This document shows, piece by piece, positions 18,581 to 28,317 of a DNA stretch of 64,000 nt. The DNA lies in IMG/VR virus record IMGVR_UViG_3300042462_000205; one strand, written 5' to 3'. This DNA is from an uncultured virus (IMG/VR IMGVR_UViG_3300042462_000205) (lineage: Duplodnaviria; Heunggongvirae; Uroviricota; Caudoviricetes). Under the pieces are notes generated by a model. The model searched no databases. It saw only the letters and a program-made list of their open reading frames with translations, and was not told the origin of the DNA. Position 1 is the stretch's first letter. Every line of letters starts with the position of its first letter. A program made the translations under genes and the position numbers.

Positions 18581-18913
18581 TTACAAATTATCGGGCCAGT
18601 CTCGATAGTATGCATGCTGTATATTTCCTGATACAAACTGATTAAAGCTCTTGTGTTTGGCTTCTAAATCACCTTCAAGCGGTGCAACACGTTTGAATGC
18701 ATTTTCCAATTGTGCCATGTCGTTAAATTCAATCATGATATGCCATTCAGGCAAATCTTGTATACTACGAAAACCCATCTTACAACGTGTAACACGATAG
18801 CTAACTGCTTTGTCTTCATCAACTAGATGTTGAAGAAATCCTTTCATATTGTTAACCCAATCTATATCACTGATATCGTCTGATTTGTCTGCCCAAATAT
18901 GATAAATGTCCAT
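18581..18913 (-). CDS. DUF6614-like small protein
   Basis: MDIYHIW..RCKMGF..LPEWHIMIEF..YRDWPD, recalled family pattern. Confidence 0.6.
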   Translation of the reverse strand: MDIYHIWADKSDDISDIDWVNNMKGFLQHLVDEDKAVSYRVTRCKMGFRSIQDLPEWHIMIEFNDMAQLENAFKRVAPLEGDLEAKHKSFNQFVSGNIQHAYYRDWPDNL

Positions 18914-18914
18914 C

Positions 18915-20045
18915 TTAACCCCTTTCTGGAAAATAATCTTGCATAGTGCCCGTTCTACTTAGGTCACTGGTAATACAATGTAAGCCGCCATCCCAGAAGA
19001 ATCTGTGACGGAAATTTACAATGTGTGGTGTAACACCGTGTCGTTCAAATGCTGCAAATATATCTTTATTGTATGCACTGCATATAATATTTTGTTCGTT
19101 GATCACCAACATGTTTACATCAAATACTGTTTCTTCTACATAGCCAACCCAATTGTCTGCCATTGATTTAACATAGTCGATAAATTCATTGTTATTTTCT
19201 TCGCCTGGTATCCACCATTTACCTTGATTCTTTTGTTTAAGCTCTTGGAAAGTCTGTGTATTAGCTAATTGCTGTCCTTCTACATATATTACTTCCCACT
19301 TGGGGAATAATTCTTCGTAAGTAGTCAGTGGTACATCTAGTGAACTTATAATTAATCCTGGCTTGACTACACAAAATGTTCCATCAGCATGCCCACCAGT
19401 GTTGATCATATGGCATCGATAATCAGGAAACATTCTTGTATATTTCTCTTGTAACGCAACCATATCGTCTGTGTAGCTTTCGGTTCCAAAATACAAATCT
19501 CGGCCTACACGTGTAATCATTGCTGAATTGATATGCTTATCGATATTTTTTATTATTGGATTTTCAATTTGTTTTAATATGTCAGCATAGTCAGCCGTTT
19601 TATCATGCAGGTCGTGTAGATTAAATATATCAGCACATTCCGTAACAATATCTTGTGGTATGTCTGCTACTGTAGCAGGACAGTCGCCCCATGACGAACC
19701 TTTGATATAATTCCATGATGCTAAAATCATATTTGTTTCTATATAAAAATTATTACCCAAAGTCAATAGATAATCTCTAGGGCAAATTGGAGCCGGCGAA
19801 ATCTTTTGATTGGTATTTAAATAACTCCGATAGTCATCGCCGACCATAGGACGTAAGATTTCAACATCGAATGATTCTAAAACTGTGATTAGTGTTTGGA
19901 AATCTTCTTCAGTTTCACGGGCAATGCGTTCAAATACTGCTCGAATGTTGGGATTTTCGATGTATGAATAGAACTCAGGACTATAGCTACGTCCAACTAC
20001 ACAGACTTCCAACGGATCCCAAGGTTGATAAACAGAGTATGTCAC
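18915..20045 (-). CDS. amidinotransferase (glycine amidinotransferase-like)
   Basis: PWDPLEVCVVG, CPRD, GHADG, FDVN, DGGLHCIT catalytic Cys. Confidence 0.88.
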   Translation of the reverse strand: MTYSVYQPWDPLEVCVVGRSYSPEFYSYIENPNIRAVFERIARETEEDFQTLITVLESFDVEILRPMVGDDYRSYLNTNQKISPAPICPRDYLLTLGNNFYIETNMILASWNYIKGSSWGDCPATVADIPQDIVTECADIFNLHDLHDKTADYADILKQIENPIIKNIDKHINSAMITRVGRDLYFGTESYTDDMVALQEKYTRMFPDYRCHMINTGGHADGTFCVVKPGLIISSLDVPLTTYEELFPKWEVIYVEGQQLANTQTFQELKQKNQGKWWIPGEENNNEFIDYVKSMADNWVGYVEETVFDVNMLVINEQNIICSAYNKDIFAAFERHGVTPHIVNFRHRFFWDGGLHCITSDLSRTGTMQDYFPERG

Positions 20046-20470
20046 GGTAATAATCCTAGTAGTTCAAATCCATCTAATTGACTTTTATATTCGTCTGCTT
20101 GGCCTAGATACAAATATTCAAATCCACGTGCTTTGTATAAGGCACATTCGTTTTTTAAACTTTCAATTCCTAACCTAAGTTTTGGATTCTCGTAGTTCCA
20201 AGCAAACTGCAATGCTTCGGCATTGTGTTGATCATAGGTTCTAACTAGACTAAATGCAACCAGTTCTGTGTTATCATAGTAACCAATAACATCAGTATGT
20301 TCGTCGTGATACTGTGTGTCAAAGATTGGCATCACACTAGTAAACTGTTTATGTTCGCAATAGACTTTATAAATTTGATTTAATTTATTGATGTCAAATT
20401 GATAGAGATATTGATAATTGTTCAAAGGCCGGTAATCGGTCTTGCTTAGATCGATTCTACAGTATTTCAT
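20042..20470 (-). CDS. ATE/Bpt C-terminal-domain-like aminoacyl-tRNA:protein transferase (GNAT fold)
   Basis: IYKVYC, LVAFS, RLGIESL..E...K.RGFEYLYLG..YK resembles SLG..W..YLYLGY..YK of Bpt/ATE1. Confidence 0.65.
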   Translation of the reverse strand: MKYCRIDLSKTDYRPLNNYQYLYQFDINKLNQIYKVYCEHKQFTSVMPIFDTQYHDEHTDVIGYYDNTELVAFSLVRTYDQHNAEALQFAWNYENPKLRLGIESLKNECALYKARGFEYLYLGQADEYKSQLDGFELLGLLP

Positions 20471-20968
20471 TTAGTTATGATAACGCCATGTGACTACTTC
20501 GTCTAGTTCTGATTGGCTCCAGGTAGTATAATATCCTGCGGCACGCAGCTTATCAGCAGCTTCATTTAGTTTATTTAAATGTTGGATAACTAATAAACCA
20601 CAGTGACCAAAATTCATGTTAATGCCAGCGACGTGTTCGGTCAAATCTGGATGATCTTCTAAGATAACATAATTGTCCTGCATTAATTTTTCATTTAATG
20701 TAGTAACTAATTGCTGACATTCGGTGCCTGTTATTTGGGTGTGATCAAAACATACAACAATTACTTCATACTTGTCCAGGGTGCTAAGACAGCGATCAAC
20801 TGTTGAGGTCAAGTCTGCGGCACTGCTTTCGATAACTGATATTTTGTTGTTGATTCTTGCCGCTTGGGCATAGGGACAAGGCGCCCAATTTCCTAATGCT
20901 GGGTTTGGTTGTTCTACAAACGTAGTCATCCATTCGGTTAATTGAGTTTTGATTAGTTCGAAATTCAT
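20471..20968 (-). CDS. DUF1415-like hypothetical protein
   Basis: W..FVE..PCPYA, DHP; first gene of operon, TAAATA 5 nt before ATG. Confidence 0.55.
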   Translation of the reverse strand: MNFELIKTQLTEWMTTFVEQPNPALGNWAPCPYAQAARINNKISVIESSAADLTSTVDRCLSTLDKYEVIVVCFDHTQITGTECQQLVTTLNEKLMQDNYVILEDHPDLTEHVAGINMNFGHCGLLVIQHLNKLNEAADKLRAAGYYTTWSQSELDEVVTWRYHN

Positions 20969-20992
20969 AATACTATTTAATGCAGATATCAG

Positions 20993-21021
20993 TTGACAAA
21001 ATATTATTTTGGCTGTATAAT
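20993..21021 (+). promoter_or_regulatory. sigma70 early promoter
   Basis: TTGACA-17-TATAAT. Confidence 0.88.
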
Positions 21022-21053
21022 GCTATACATAAACTGTTAATAAGGAAGAACAA

Positions 21054-21254
21054 ATGGCCTACGTAGTTTTTCAAAATGGTAAAGAATACGGTGCCCGTAA
21101 GGGCTTAGAAGGCCCATTCCATTATCCCAACGGTCGTGTATTATACTACGATGCCCCTGCAGGCGAGTACTACGATCCAACAACAGACTTCTACGTACCC
21201 AACGATGAAGTAGCAGAACTACAGCAAAGTATTTTCACAAAATTAGCCCAATAA
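21054..21254 (+). CDS. early hypothetical protein
   Basis: AAGGA RBS; GLEGPF..YYD..GEYYDP. Confidence 0.75.
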   Translation: MAYVVFQNGKEYGARKGLEGPFHYPNGRVLYYDAPAGEYYDPTTDFYVPNDEVAELQQSIFTKLAQ

Positions 21255-21259
21255 AGTAG

Positions 21260-21288
21260 TTGACATTTTGGTAAAATGACTGTATAAT
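21260..21288 (+). promoter_or_regulatory. sigma70 early promoter
   Basis: TTGACA-17-TATAAT. Confidence 0.88.
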
Positions 21289-21320
21289 GCTATACATACA
21301 CTAACAACACGGAGCAACTA

Positions 21321-21608
21321 ATGAAAAATCTAGCACAGTATATTGAACAGAAAAATGCTTGGGCACGTATTTTCAATAATGTGACCTATGATGTTAATAA
21401 CTTATCAGAACGTGATTGTCAAAATTTGTATGATAGTTTAGACAATGATTTAAGCCCGGAGAACTTAACCTGCGATGGTGAACGTAGCGGTGGGCAAGTT
21501 CGTCAATTTGCACGTTTTTACAACGCAGCGGCTAAAGAGTTAGTCACAATAATTCGTGCTAACAACTACACAATTCCATATTCAGACTTCCGCCAACTTA
21601 ATTACTAA
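21321..21608 (+). CDS. early hypothetical protein
   Basis: GGAG RBS; LSPENLTCDGE motif. Confidence 0.75.
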   Translation: MKNLAQYIEQKNAWARIFNNVTYDVNNLSERDCQNLYDSLDNDLSPENLTCDGERSGGQVRQFARFYNAAAKELVTIIRANNYTIPYSDFRQLNY

Positions 21609-21613
21609 AGCGG

Positions 21614-21642
21614 TTGACAACCTAACCAAATGGTAGTATAAT
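21614..21642 (+). promoter_or_regulatory. sigma70 early promoter
   Basis: TTGACA-17-TATAAT. Confidence 0.85.
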
Positions 21643-21648
21643 AGCATT

Positions 21649-21755
21649 TGACAGTTAGGAAACGATTTCACAGTTTTAGGGTGTTGTTACATTTTAATTT
21701 TATTAACGTTACTACTAAGGGTTGTTCCGGTCGTAACAGCACCCTAAATCCCCTT
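21649..21755 (+). ncRNA. candidate promoter-driven small RNA with 16-bp stem
   Basis: tttagggtgttgttac (21675-21690) pairs with gtaacagcaccctaaa (21733-21748). Confidence 0.5.
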
Positions 21756-21764
21756 ATAAAGTAC

Positions 21765-21793
21765 TTGACAAACACACGCAGAGGTGTTATAGT
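21765..21793 (+). promoter_or_regulatory. sigma70 promoter
   Basis: TTGACA-17-TATAGT. Confidence 0.75.
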
Positions 21794-21828
21794 TACACAT
21801 ACTAAGAAAACAACAAAAGGAGCTATAA

Positions 21829-22854
21829 ATGACTGGTTTTGTTAAAATTAAAAATGGTAGTTATAGAAACACAGCAATACAAAACGAAGTATTTCCACTT
21901 GTAAAACATTACACTGTTGGTGCTAAAGGCGGTTTTATTACTGTTGATGGTACAGGGCAGTTTGGTAAAGATAAAATTAGAGTATTAGTAGAAAGTCCTA
22001 CAGACATTGAGTTTGTACATGCTGACGAGTATACAGGTGTAGTGGCTGCTAAAGAAACAACTGCAACAAGCACACAAACAGACGAAGAACGTATTGCTGA
22101 TATTGGCTTGCGTTTTGAAATGCTTGACGAAATGACTAAGGCAGTATTGAACGGTGATATACGTGCAATGATTGTAAGTGGTCCTCCGGGTGTAGGTAAA
22201 AGCTACACAGTGGAAGCACAAATTGACAAGGCAAACTTATTCCAAAACATTGCTAACGCAAAACCTAAACACACTGTGGTTAAAGGTAGTGCTAGTGCTA
22301 TTGGTTTGTACAAAGTATTGTACGAGTACAGTGATGCTAACAGCGTTATTGTGTTTGATGACTGTGATAGCATCTTGTTTGATGATGTTAGTTTGAACTT
22401 GCTTAAAGGTGCGCTAGACAGCGGTAAGTCACGTAAAATTAGCTGGTTGAGTGAGTCACGTGTATTGAAACAAGAAGACATTCCTAACAGCTTTCAATTT
22501 AAAGGTAGTGTAATTTTTATTACTAACTTAAAATTTGACGCAGTTAAGTCACAACGTTTGAAGGATCACTTAGAAGCATTACAGTCACGCTGTCACTATT
22601 TAGATTTGACATTAGACACTATGCGTGATAAAGTATTGCGTATTAGACAAATTGCTAAACAAGGTGAAATGTTTTCGGACTTGGGCATTAGTGAAGTTGG
22701 GCAAGATGTTATTATTGACTTTTTAGATGCTAACAAAAACAAAATGCGTGAGATGAGTTTGCGTATGGCAATTAAAGTAGCACAGCTTTACAAGAGCTTT
22801 CCTAACACTTGGGAAAGCATGGCTAAGACTACGTGCATGCGAGTTACTGCGTAA
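21829..22854 (+). CDS. P-loop (AAA-like) ATPase
   Basis: Walker A GPPGVGKS, Walker B IVFDDCD, FITN, ALQSR. Confidence 0.85.
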   Translation: MTGFVKIKNGSYRNTAIQNEVFPLVKHYTVGAKGGFITVDGTGQFGKDKIRVLVESPTDIEFVHADEYTGVVAAKETTATSTQTDEERIADIGLRFEMLDEMTKAVLNGDIRAMIVSGPPGVGKSYTVEAQIDKANLFQNIANAKPKHTVVKGSASAIGLYKVLYEYSDANSVIVFDDCDSILFDDVSLNLLKGALDSGKSRKISWLSESRVLKQEDIPNSFQFKGSVIFITNLKFDAVKSQRLKDHLEALQSRCHYLDLTLDTMRDKVLRIRQIAKQGEMFSDLGISEVGQDVIIDFLDANKNKMREMSLRMAIKVAQLYKSFPNTWESMAKTTCMRVTA

Positions 22855-22926
22855 ACGATTTACAACGGTTGCCGTGATTGCGGGCCATAATATTTGCGGC
22901 AATACTAAAGTTTGAGGCATAATGAA

Positions 22927-23058
22927 ATGAAATTATTATTAGCAATGATTTATAATTTAATCCTACTAGGAGGTACCGTTTACCTAGTAGGTTGGCAGGG
23001 TTGGAGTGCTTGGTGGTTCCTACTTACCGTAATACTTTTAGCTAGCGGTAAAGACTAA
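22927..23058 (+). CDS. small membrane protein (43 aa)
   Basis: Hand-translated MKLLLAMIYNLILLGG..WWFLLTVILLASGKD. Confidence 0.6.
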   Translation: MKLLLAMIYNLILLGGTVYLVGWQGWSAWWFLLTVILLASGKD

Positions 23059-23069
23059 GGAGATTTAAT

Positions 23070-23213
23070 ATGGAATGGCAATATTGGTTAAGCGTGGTTT
23101 GGTTTGTGTTTATTGGTTATTGTTTTGGTCGTGCGCATGAATCTTGGGTCCGTTACGATGAAGCTGTAGATAAACTAAAAAAATTATCTGAAAAATTAGC
23201 TAACAAGGAGTAG
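23070..23213 (+). CDS. small membrane protein (47 aa)
   Basis: AAGGAG RBS; MEWQYWLSVVWFVFIGYCFG then helical tail. Confidence 0.7.
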   Translation: MEWQYWLSVVWFVFIGYCFGRAHESWVRYDEAVDKLKKLSEKLANKE

Positions 23214-23216
23214 TAT

Positions 23217-23387
23217 ATGTGGAATAAAATTCGTTTTTGGTTGCATGAAAATGATCGACAACTAACATGGTTCTTCATTGGTTTATTTGTTATGTGTTTC
23301 TTTGTGGATATGGGTAAACAAAACTATCCAGGCGCAGTATTGGATGCTTTCATTGTAGGAATAAATTATATCCTTCGTCCTCGGTAG
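23217..23387 (+). CDS. small membrane protein (56 aa)
   Basis: AAGGAG RBS; two hydrophobic segments. Confidence 0.7.
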   Translation: MWNKIRFWLHENDRQLTWFFIGLFVMCFFVDMGKQNYPGAVLDAFIVGINYILRPR

Positions 23388-23405
23388 CATTAAATAGTAG
23401 TATCA

Positions 23406-25025
23406 ATGAAAACAGACATTCAAATCAACCAATCGGCAGACTTACTACCTATTACAGACGTTGCTAGTTCTATCGATATACAGGACGAGCAGTTAGAAGT
23501 ATACGGCGGTAAGAAAGCCAAACTAAACATAGAACAACTTGCTGACCGTCCTAGTCGAGATAGTAAGTTAATTTTAGTAACAGCCATCACACCAACACCA
23601 GCCGGTGAAGGCAAAACCACAACAACTATTGGCCTAGCAGATGGTCTACGTCGGTTAAACTACAAGTCAATTGTCTGCCTACGTGAGCCTGCGCTTGGTC
23701 CAGTGTTTGGTATGAAAGGTGGAGCAACTGGCGGCGGCTATGCACAAGTAGCACCAATGGAAGATATTAACCTACACTTTACAGGTGACTTCCATGCTAT
23801 TGCCTGCGCACACAATTTACTAAGTTCAATGATTGACAATCACCTACATTGGGGTAATGCATTAAACCTCGACACCAACCGTATCACTTGGCGTCGTGTT
23901 GGTGAGATGAATGACCGTAGTCTACGTCAGACTGTAGTAGGCCTTGGTGCGCATAACAGCGTTACACGTGAAGAAGGATTTGACATCGTAGTAGCCAGTG
24001 AAGTAATGGCTATACTATGTTTGGCAGAAGATTTTAAAGACCTAAAGCGTCGGCTAGGTAAGATTACCATTGGTTATACACAGGACAATAAACCTGTTAC
24101 AGCTAAAGATCTTAAAGCACACGGTGCAATGGCTGCACTACTTAAAGATGCTGTTAAACCTAACCTAGTGCAGACCTTAGAGGGTACTCCTGCACTAGTA
24201 CATGGTGGCCCGTTCGCTAACATAGCACACGGCTGTAACAGTGTTATTGCTACTAAGCTGGCTATGAAGTTAGCAGACTATGTAGTAACTGAAGCAGGCT
24301 TTGGTGCTGACTTGGGTGCCGAGAAGTTTATTAATATTAAGTGTCGTAAAAGCGGTCTTAAACCTGACGTAGTGGTGCTTGTAGCTACTGTAAGAGCAAT
24401 TAAACATCAAGGTAACTACGATAACCTAGACCGGCATATTGCTAACATTAAGACGCATTATAACTTGCCTTGTGTGGTTGCAGTTAATCGTTTTAAAGAT
24501 GATAAAGACAGTGACGTTAACGATTTAATAGATCATGTTAACGAAACGTTCGACATTGAAGCAGTAGAGTGTACACATTTTGCCGAGGGCGGTGTTGGTG
24601 CAGAAGAACTAGCACACGAAGTTGTCATGGCCATGGATCGAAGTGATAAGACAATGGAATTAACCTATCGAGATGACGATACGATATTGTCTAAGATAAA
24701 CAAAATAGCCACACGTATCTATGGCGCAAGTGGTGTTGCGATGGATGCTAAAGTAACAGCACGATTAAACGAACTACAAGAAGACTACGGCAATTATCCA
24801 ATTTGTATTGCTAAGACACAGAGTAGTTTCAGTGATGATCCTACAAATAAAACGGCCGCAACCCAACGTCATACGTTAACGGTACGTGAGTTAAGATTGT
24901 GTACAGGTGCAGAGTTTATTGTAGCAGTCTGCGGCAACATTATGACCATGCCAGGATTACCTGCACAACCAAATGCTGAGAAGATTGATATCGATCGACA
25001 AGGCAACATTACTGGATTAGATTAG
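23406..25025 (+). CDS. fhs: formate--tetrahydrofolate ligase
   Basis: [55 protein letters not shown]. Confidence 0.97.
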   Translation: MKTDIQINQSADLLPITDVASSIDIQDEQLEVYGGKKAKLNIEQLADRPSRDSKLILVTAITPTPAGEGKTTTTIGLADGLRRLNYKSIVCLREPALGPVFGMKGGATGGGYAQVAPMEDINLHFTGDFHAIACAHNLLSSMIDNHLHWGNALNLDTNRITWRRVGEMNDRSLRQTVVGLGAHNSVTREEGFDIVVASEVMAILCLAEDFKDLKRRLGKITIGYTQDNKPVTAKDLKAHGAMAALLKDAVKPNLVQTLEGTPALVHGGPFANIAHGCNSVIATKLAMKLADYVVTEAGFGADLGAEKFINIKCRKSGLKPDVVVLVATVRAIKHQGNYDNLDRHIANIKTHYNLPCVVAVNRFKDDKDSDVNDLIDHVNETFDIEAVECTHFAEGGVGAEELAHEVVMAMDRSDKTMELTYRDDDTILSKINKIATRIYGASGVAMDAKVTARLNELQEDYGNYPICIAKTQSSFSDDPTNKTAATQRHTLTVRELRLCTGAEFIVAVCGNIMTMPGLPAQPNAEKIDIDRQGNITGLD

Positions 25026-25071
25026 TTTTACGTTACACCGCACAGTCATGCTCCTGGTGTAACGTCCTCCG

Positions 25072-25104
25072 AGCTCAATGTTTGATTACATTGAGCTTTT
25101 TTTT
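25072..25104 (+). terminator. rho-independent terminator
   Basis: agctcaatg-8 nt-cattgagct followed by T run. Confidence 0.85.
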
Positions 25105-25107
25105 AGG

Positions 25108-25136
25108 TTGATTTACCTAAAATATTCACGTATACT
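25108..25136 (+). promoter_or_regulatory. sigma70 promoter, leaderless for 25143
   Basis: TTGATT-17-TATACT, ATG 6 nt downstream. Confidence 0.7.
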
Positions 25137-25142
25137 AATACT

Positions 25143-26267
25143 ATGACAGTTGCATACACTCACATCGAAGACTATTTAGAACTACTAGGCGGCCTCACTC
25201 CAGGCACATTGGTAATTACTAATCCTATGAATGGTCCGCTTATTAGTTTGGCACGATACGATGTTACGATTGTACAAAGTATGAGCTCACATACCTATTG
25301 GGGTGGTGCACTGACTGACAAGCAAGCAGATCTTGCTGTGCGATTAGTGCTTAAATATCGTAAACAATTTGCTCGTCTGAGTATCGATGTCACACCAGCA
25401 AAAACACCACAGTTTCGTAAACCGGTGAGAATTGTCAATAGGTCAAAACAAATTTGGTTAGATGATGAACGCATCGGTGTGCGCTTTCCTTATGACCTTC
25501 CAATGATTAAAGCCATACAAGAAGAACGCAATATAAGTCAAGGTAGTATGAAGTATAACCAAGAAGAAAAGGTTTGGTACTTGGCTATTACTGAGGCTAA
25601 TGTAAACTGGGCAGTGACCTGGGGTGAAATAAATAATTTTGAAATTGACCCACTAGTACAAAACTTGTTTAATTTAATTATGGAGTGTGAAGCAACATCA
25701 TACGAAATTAAACTAGTGCAGACTGCTACCGGATATTCTATTACCAATGCCGCTGATAGTTTAATCGAATATATCAATACTGAGTTAGGTGGATTTGGTC
25801 CGGACAATGGGATAGCGTTAATTGATAATTCTGGTGTGTTAGGATATACCTATGACGATATGTTAACTCGTCCTGCACTGTTAGATATATTTGGCAGTAA
25901 ACGTGATATACATTTACCAATGACCGAAGATGCCTTGGCATTCCTATTCTCATACGCAGAGTTAACCAATCGTTATCCTGTATGCATTTATGATCCAACA
26001 ATGTCATCGGCACATATAGACTTGAGTAGATTTGCACAAGATGAAATTGTACGTTTTGACCTTCGTGGTAAAACAAAGACTTGCGATTACAATATAGATT
26101 GTGTTAAAGTAGTATATGCACACAAGATACCAGCAACGTGGAACTATTCAATACCGTTGTTAGTATCCACAGTGGAAATGATGTATGGTGGCAAGCGTAT
26201 GGAATGGATTAACCAAGCAGAAAAGATAGCCTACTGCACCAATACCAAATTGAGAGAAACTGATTAA
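25143..26267 (+). CDS. hypothetical protein coupled to helicase
   Basis: 374-aa ORF, TAATG overlap with helicase. Confidence 0.75.
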   Translation: MTVAYTHIEDYLELLGGLTPGTLVITNPMNGPLISLARYDVTIVQSMSSHTYWGGALTDKQADLAVRLVLKYRKQFARLSIDVTPAKTPQFRKPVRIVNRSKQIWLDDERIGVRFPYDLPMIKAIQEERNISQGSMKYNQEEKVWYLAITEANVNWAVTWGEINNFEIDPLVQNLFNLIMECEATSYEIKLVQTATGYSITNAADSLIEYINTELGGFGPDNGIALIDNSGVLGYTYDDMLTRPALLDIFGSKRDIHLPMTEDALAFLFSYAELTNRYPVCIYDPTMSSAHIDLSRFAQDEIVRFDLRGKTKTCDYNIDCVKVVYAHKIPATWNYSIPLLVSTVEMMYGGKRMEWINQAEKIAYCTNTKLRETD

Positions 26268-27724
26268 TGGCAACCTGTAAAATTATAATTAAAGATGAAG
26301 TGAACTGTAAGTTAGAAGGGCTTGAACTTACTGAGCGCAAGTATCTAGCCAACAAGTTTAAGTTTGAAATCCCAGGCGCACGTTACCTACCAAGTGTACG
26401 TCTTGGCCGCTGGGATGGCAAAGTGGCTTACTTCCAATTGGGCGGCAGTACTTACACTAACCTACTTGCTGAGATGTTGCCCTACATTGACGAACGTGGC
26501 TATAATATTGAGTTAGAAGACCTACGTGAATATCGTACACAGTTTGATTTTACACAGGTAACAGAACAGACATTTGCACATAAAGTGTGGCCTAAAAAAC
26601 ATCCTATTGAAGGACAGCCGGTTGTACTACGAGACTATCAAATTGAAATTATTAATAAGTTCTTAAGTAATCCACAGTGCCTACAGGAAATTGCCACAGG
26701 TGCAGGCAAGACTCTAATCACTGCGGCATTGAGTTATAGTTGCGAACCATATGGTCGCACTGTGGTAATCGTACCCAACAAATCACTTGTTACACAAACA
26801 GAAGCAGATTACATTAACTTAGGCTTGGACGTTGGTGTTTACTTTGGTGATCGTAAAGAGTTTGGGCATACTCATACTATTTGTACTTGGCAAAGTCTAA
26901 ACATACTGCTTAAAAATACCAAAGCACATGAAGCAGACATTACCATAATGGAATTTTTGGAAGGTGTCGTATGTGTTATGGTTGATGAAGTACACATGGC
27001 CAAGGCAGATGCACTTAAAACTCTGCTTACTAGTGTAATGGCACATATTCCTATTAGGTGGGGATTAACCGGCACAATACCTAAAGAAATGTACGAGTTT
27101 ATGGCTCTAAAGTGTTCGTTGGGTGAGGTATTAGGCAGATTAAGCGCCAGTGAATTACAAGACCAGGGTGTACTTGCTAACTGTCACGTGAACGTTGTAC
27201 AGCTAATAGACCATGCGGAATATAAAGATTATCAAAGCGAGTTAAAATATCTATTAGAGACTGACGCACGTATTGATTACATAAGTAAAATGATAGAGCG
27301 TATACGAACGACTGGTAATACACTTGTATTAGTTGATCGTATTGCTCCAGGCAAAGCATTAGTTGACCTAGTCAAAGATGCTGTGTTTGTATCGGGAGGA
27401 ACAAAAGCAAATGATAGAAAAGACAGTTATGATGAGTTTGCAACCAGTGATAACTTTGTTGCTGTTGCTACCTATGGTGTTGCTGCTGTTGGCATCAATA
27501 TTCCTCGTGTTTTTAACCTTGTGCTTATTGAGCCTGGTAAATCTTTTGTCAGGGTCATCCAGAGTATCGGGCGTGGCATTCGCAAAGCGGAAGACAAAGA
27601 CTTTGTTCAAATCTGGGACATAACATCAACTTGTAAGTTTGCCAAACGACATCTTACAGTTAGAAAGAAATTCTACACTGAAGCAAACTATCCTTATGCA
27701 GTGGAGAAAACAGAATGGAAATAG
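26267..27724 (+). CDS. uvsW: UvsW-like superfamily 2 DNA helicase
   Basis: WDGK, LRDYQ, ATGAGKT, DEVH, GLTGT, QSIGRGIR. Confidence 0.9.
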   Translation: MATCKIIIKDEVNCKLEGLELTERKYLANKFKFEIPGARYLPSVRLGRWDGKVAYFQLGGSTYTNLLAEMLPYIDERGYNIELEDLREYRTQFDFTQVTEQTFAHKVWPKKHPIEGQPVVLRDYQIEIINKFLSNPQCLQEIATGAGKTLITAALSYSCEPYGRTVVIVPNKSLVTQTEADYINLGLDVGVYFGDRKEFGHTHTICTWQSLNILLKNTKAHEADITIMEFLEGVVCVMVDEVHMAKADALKTLLTSVMAHIPIRWGLTGTIPKEMYEFMALKCSLGEVLGRLSASELQDQGVLANCHVNVVQLIDHAEYKDYQSELKYLLETDARIDYISKMIERIRTTGNTLVLVDRIAPGKALVDLVKDAVFVSGGTKANDRKDSYDEFATSDNFVAVATYGVAAVGINIPRVFNLVLIEPGKSFVRVIQSIGRGIRKAEDKDFVQIWDITSTCKFAKRHLTVRKKFYTEANYPYAVEKTEWK

Positions 27725-28317
27725 CTAATTTAACTTTACCCAAGTTGCCGGCACATTTAATATCAAAACTTAGACTATTCGCTAATACGCTTACACATAA
27801 TGATGAAGAACGTGTCAGGCTGAACAAGTTTTACAATGGTTCGGTTAATACTGCTAATCATAGTTTTGTACCAGTGCATGAATTGAATACCGAAATTAAT
27901 AAAATTTATTCAAAATATTTCAATGATACATTTGATACATATATTGGAGTATTATGTAACGTTGATAATACTCCAGCAAGCATGCCGGCGCACTATGATT
28001 ACTATAGACATATAGCAATTAATTATTATATTGATTTAGGTGGCGACAGTGTACGTACTTGCTTTTATGATAAATCCAGAGAGATGGACATGGAAGATTC
28101 TAAATTTTTTACATATGATGAAATCAATTTACAAAAATCGTATCACTTACAATTAAATAATTGGTATAGTTATAGTGTTCAACAATGTCATTCTGTAGAG
28201 AATATCGAAACAACTCGAATAATTTTAATATTAGTATTAAAATCTAATCCAACTATGCAAGAATTTGTTCAACAACATAAAACATTAATTAGTAATACTG
28301 AAGTAAAATGTCTATAG
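27715..28317 (+). CDS. putative 2OG-Fe(II) oxygenase (paralog A)
   Basis: HYD...CHSV..R facial triad pattern. Confidence 0.6.
   Translation: MEIANLTLPKLPAHLISKLRLFANTLTHNDEERVRLNKFYNGSVNTANHSFVPVHELNTEINKIYSKYFNDTFDTYIGVLCNVDNTPASMPAHYDYYRHIAINYYIDLGGDSVRTCFYDKSREMDMEDSKFFTYDEINLQKSYHLQLNNWYSYSVQQCHSVENIETTRIILILVLKSNPTMQEFVQQHKTLISNTEVKCL

Noticed and set aside
21648..21845. 65-aa TTG ORF
   Set aside because: No RBS, runs through a promoter and the next gene start; the region is better explained by the RNA stem, though a leaderless TTG start is not excluded
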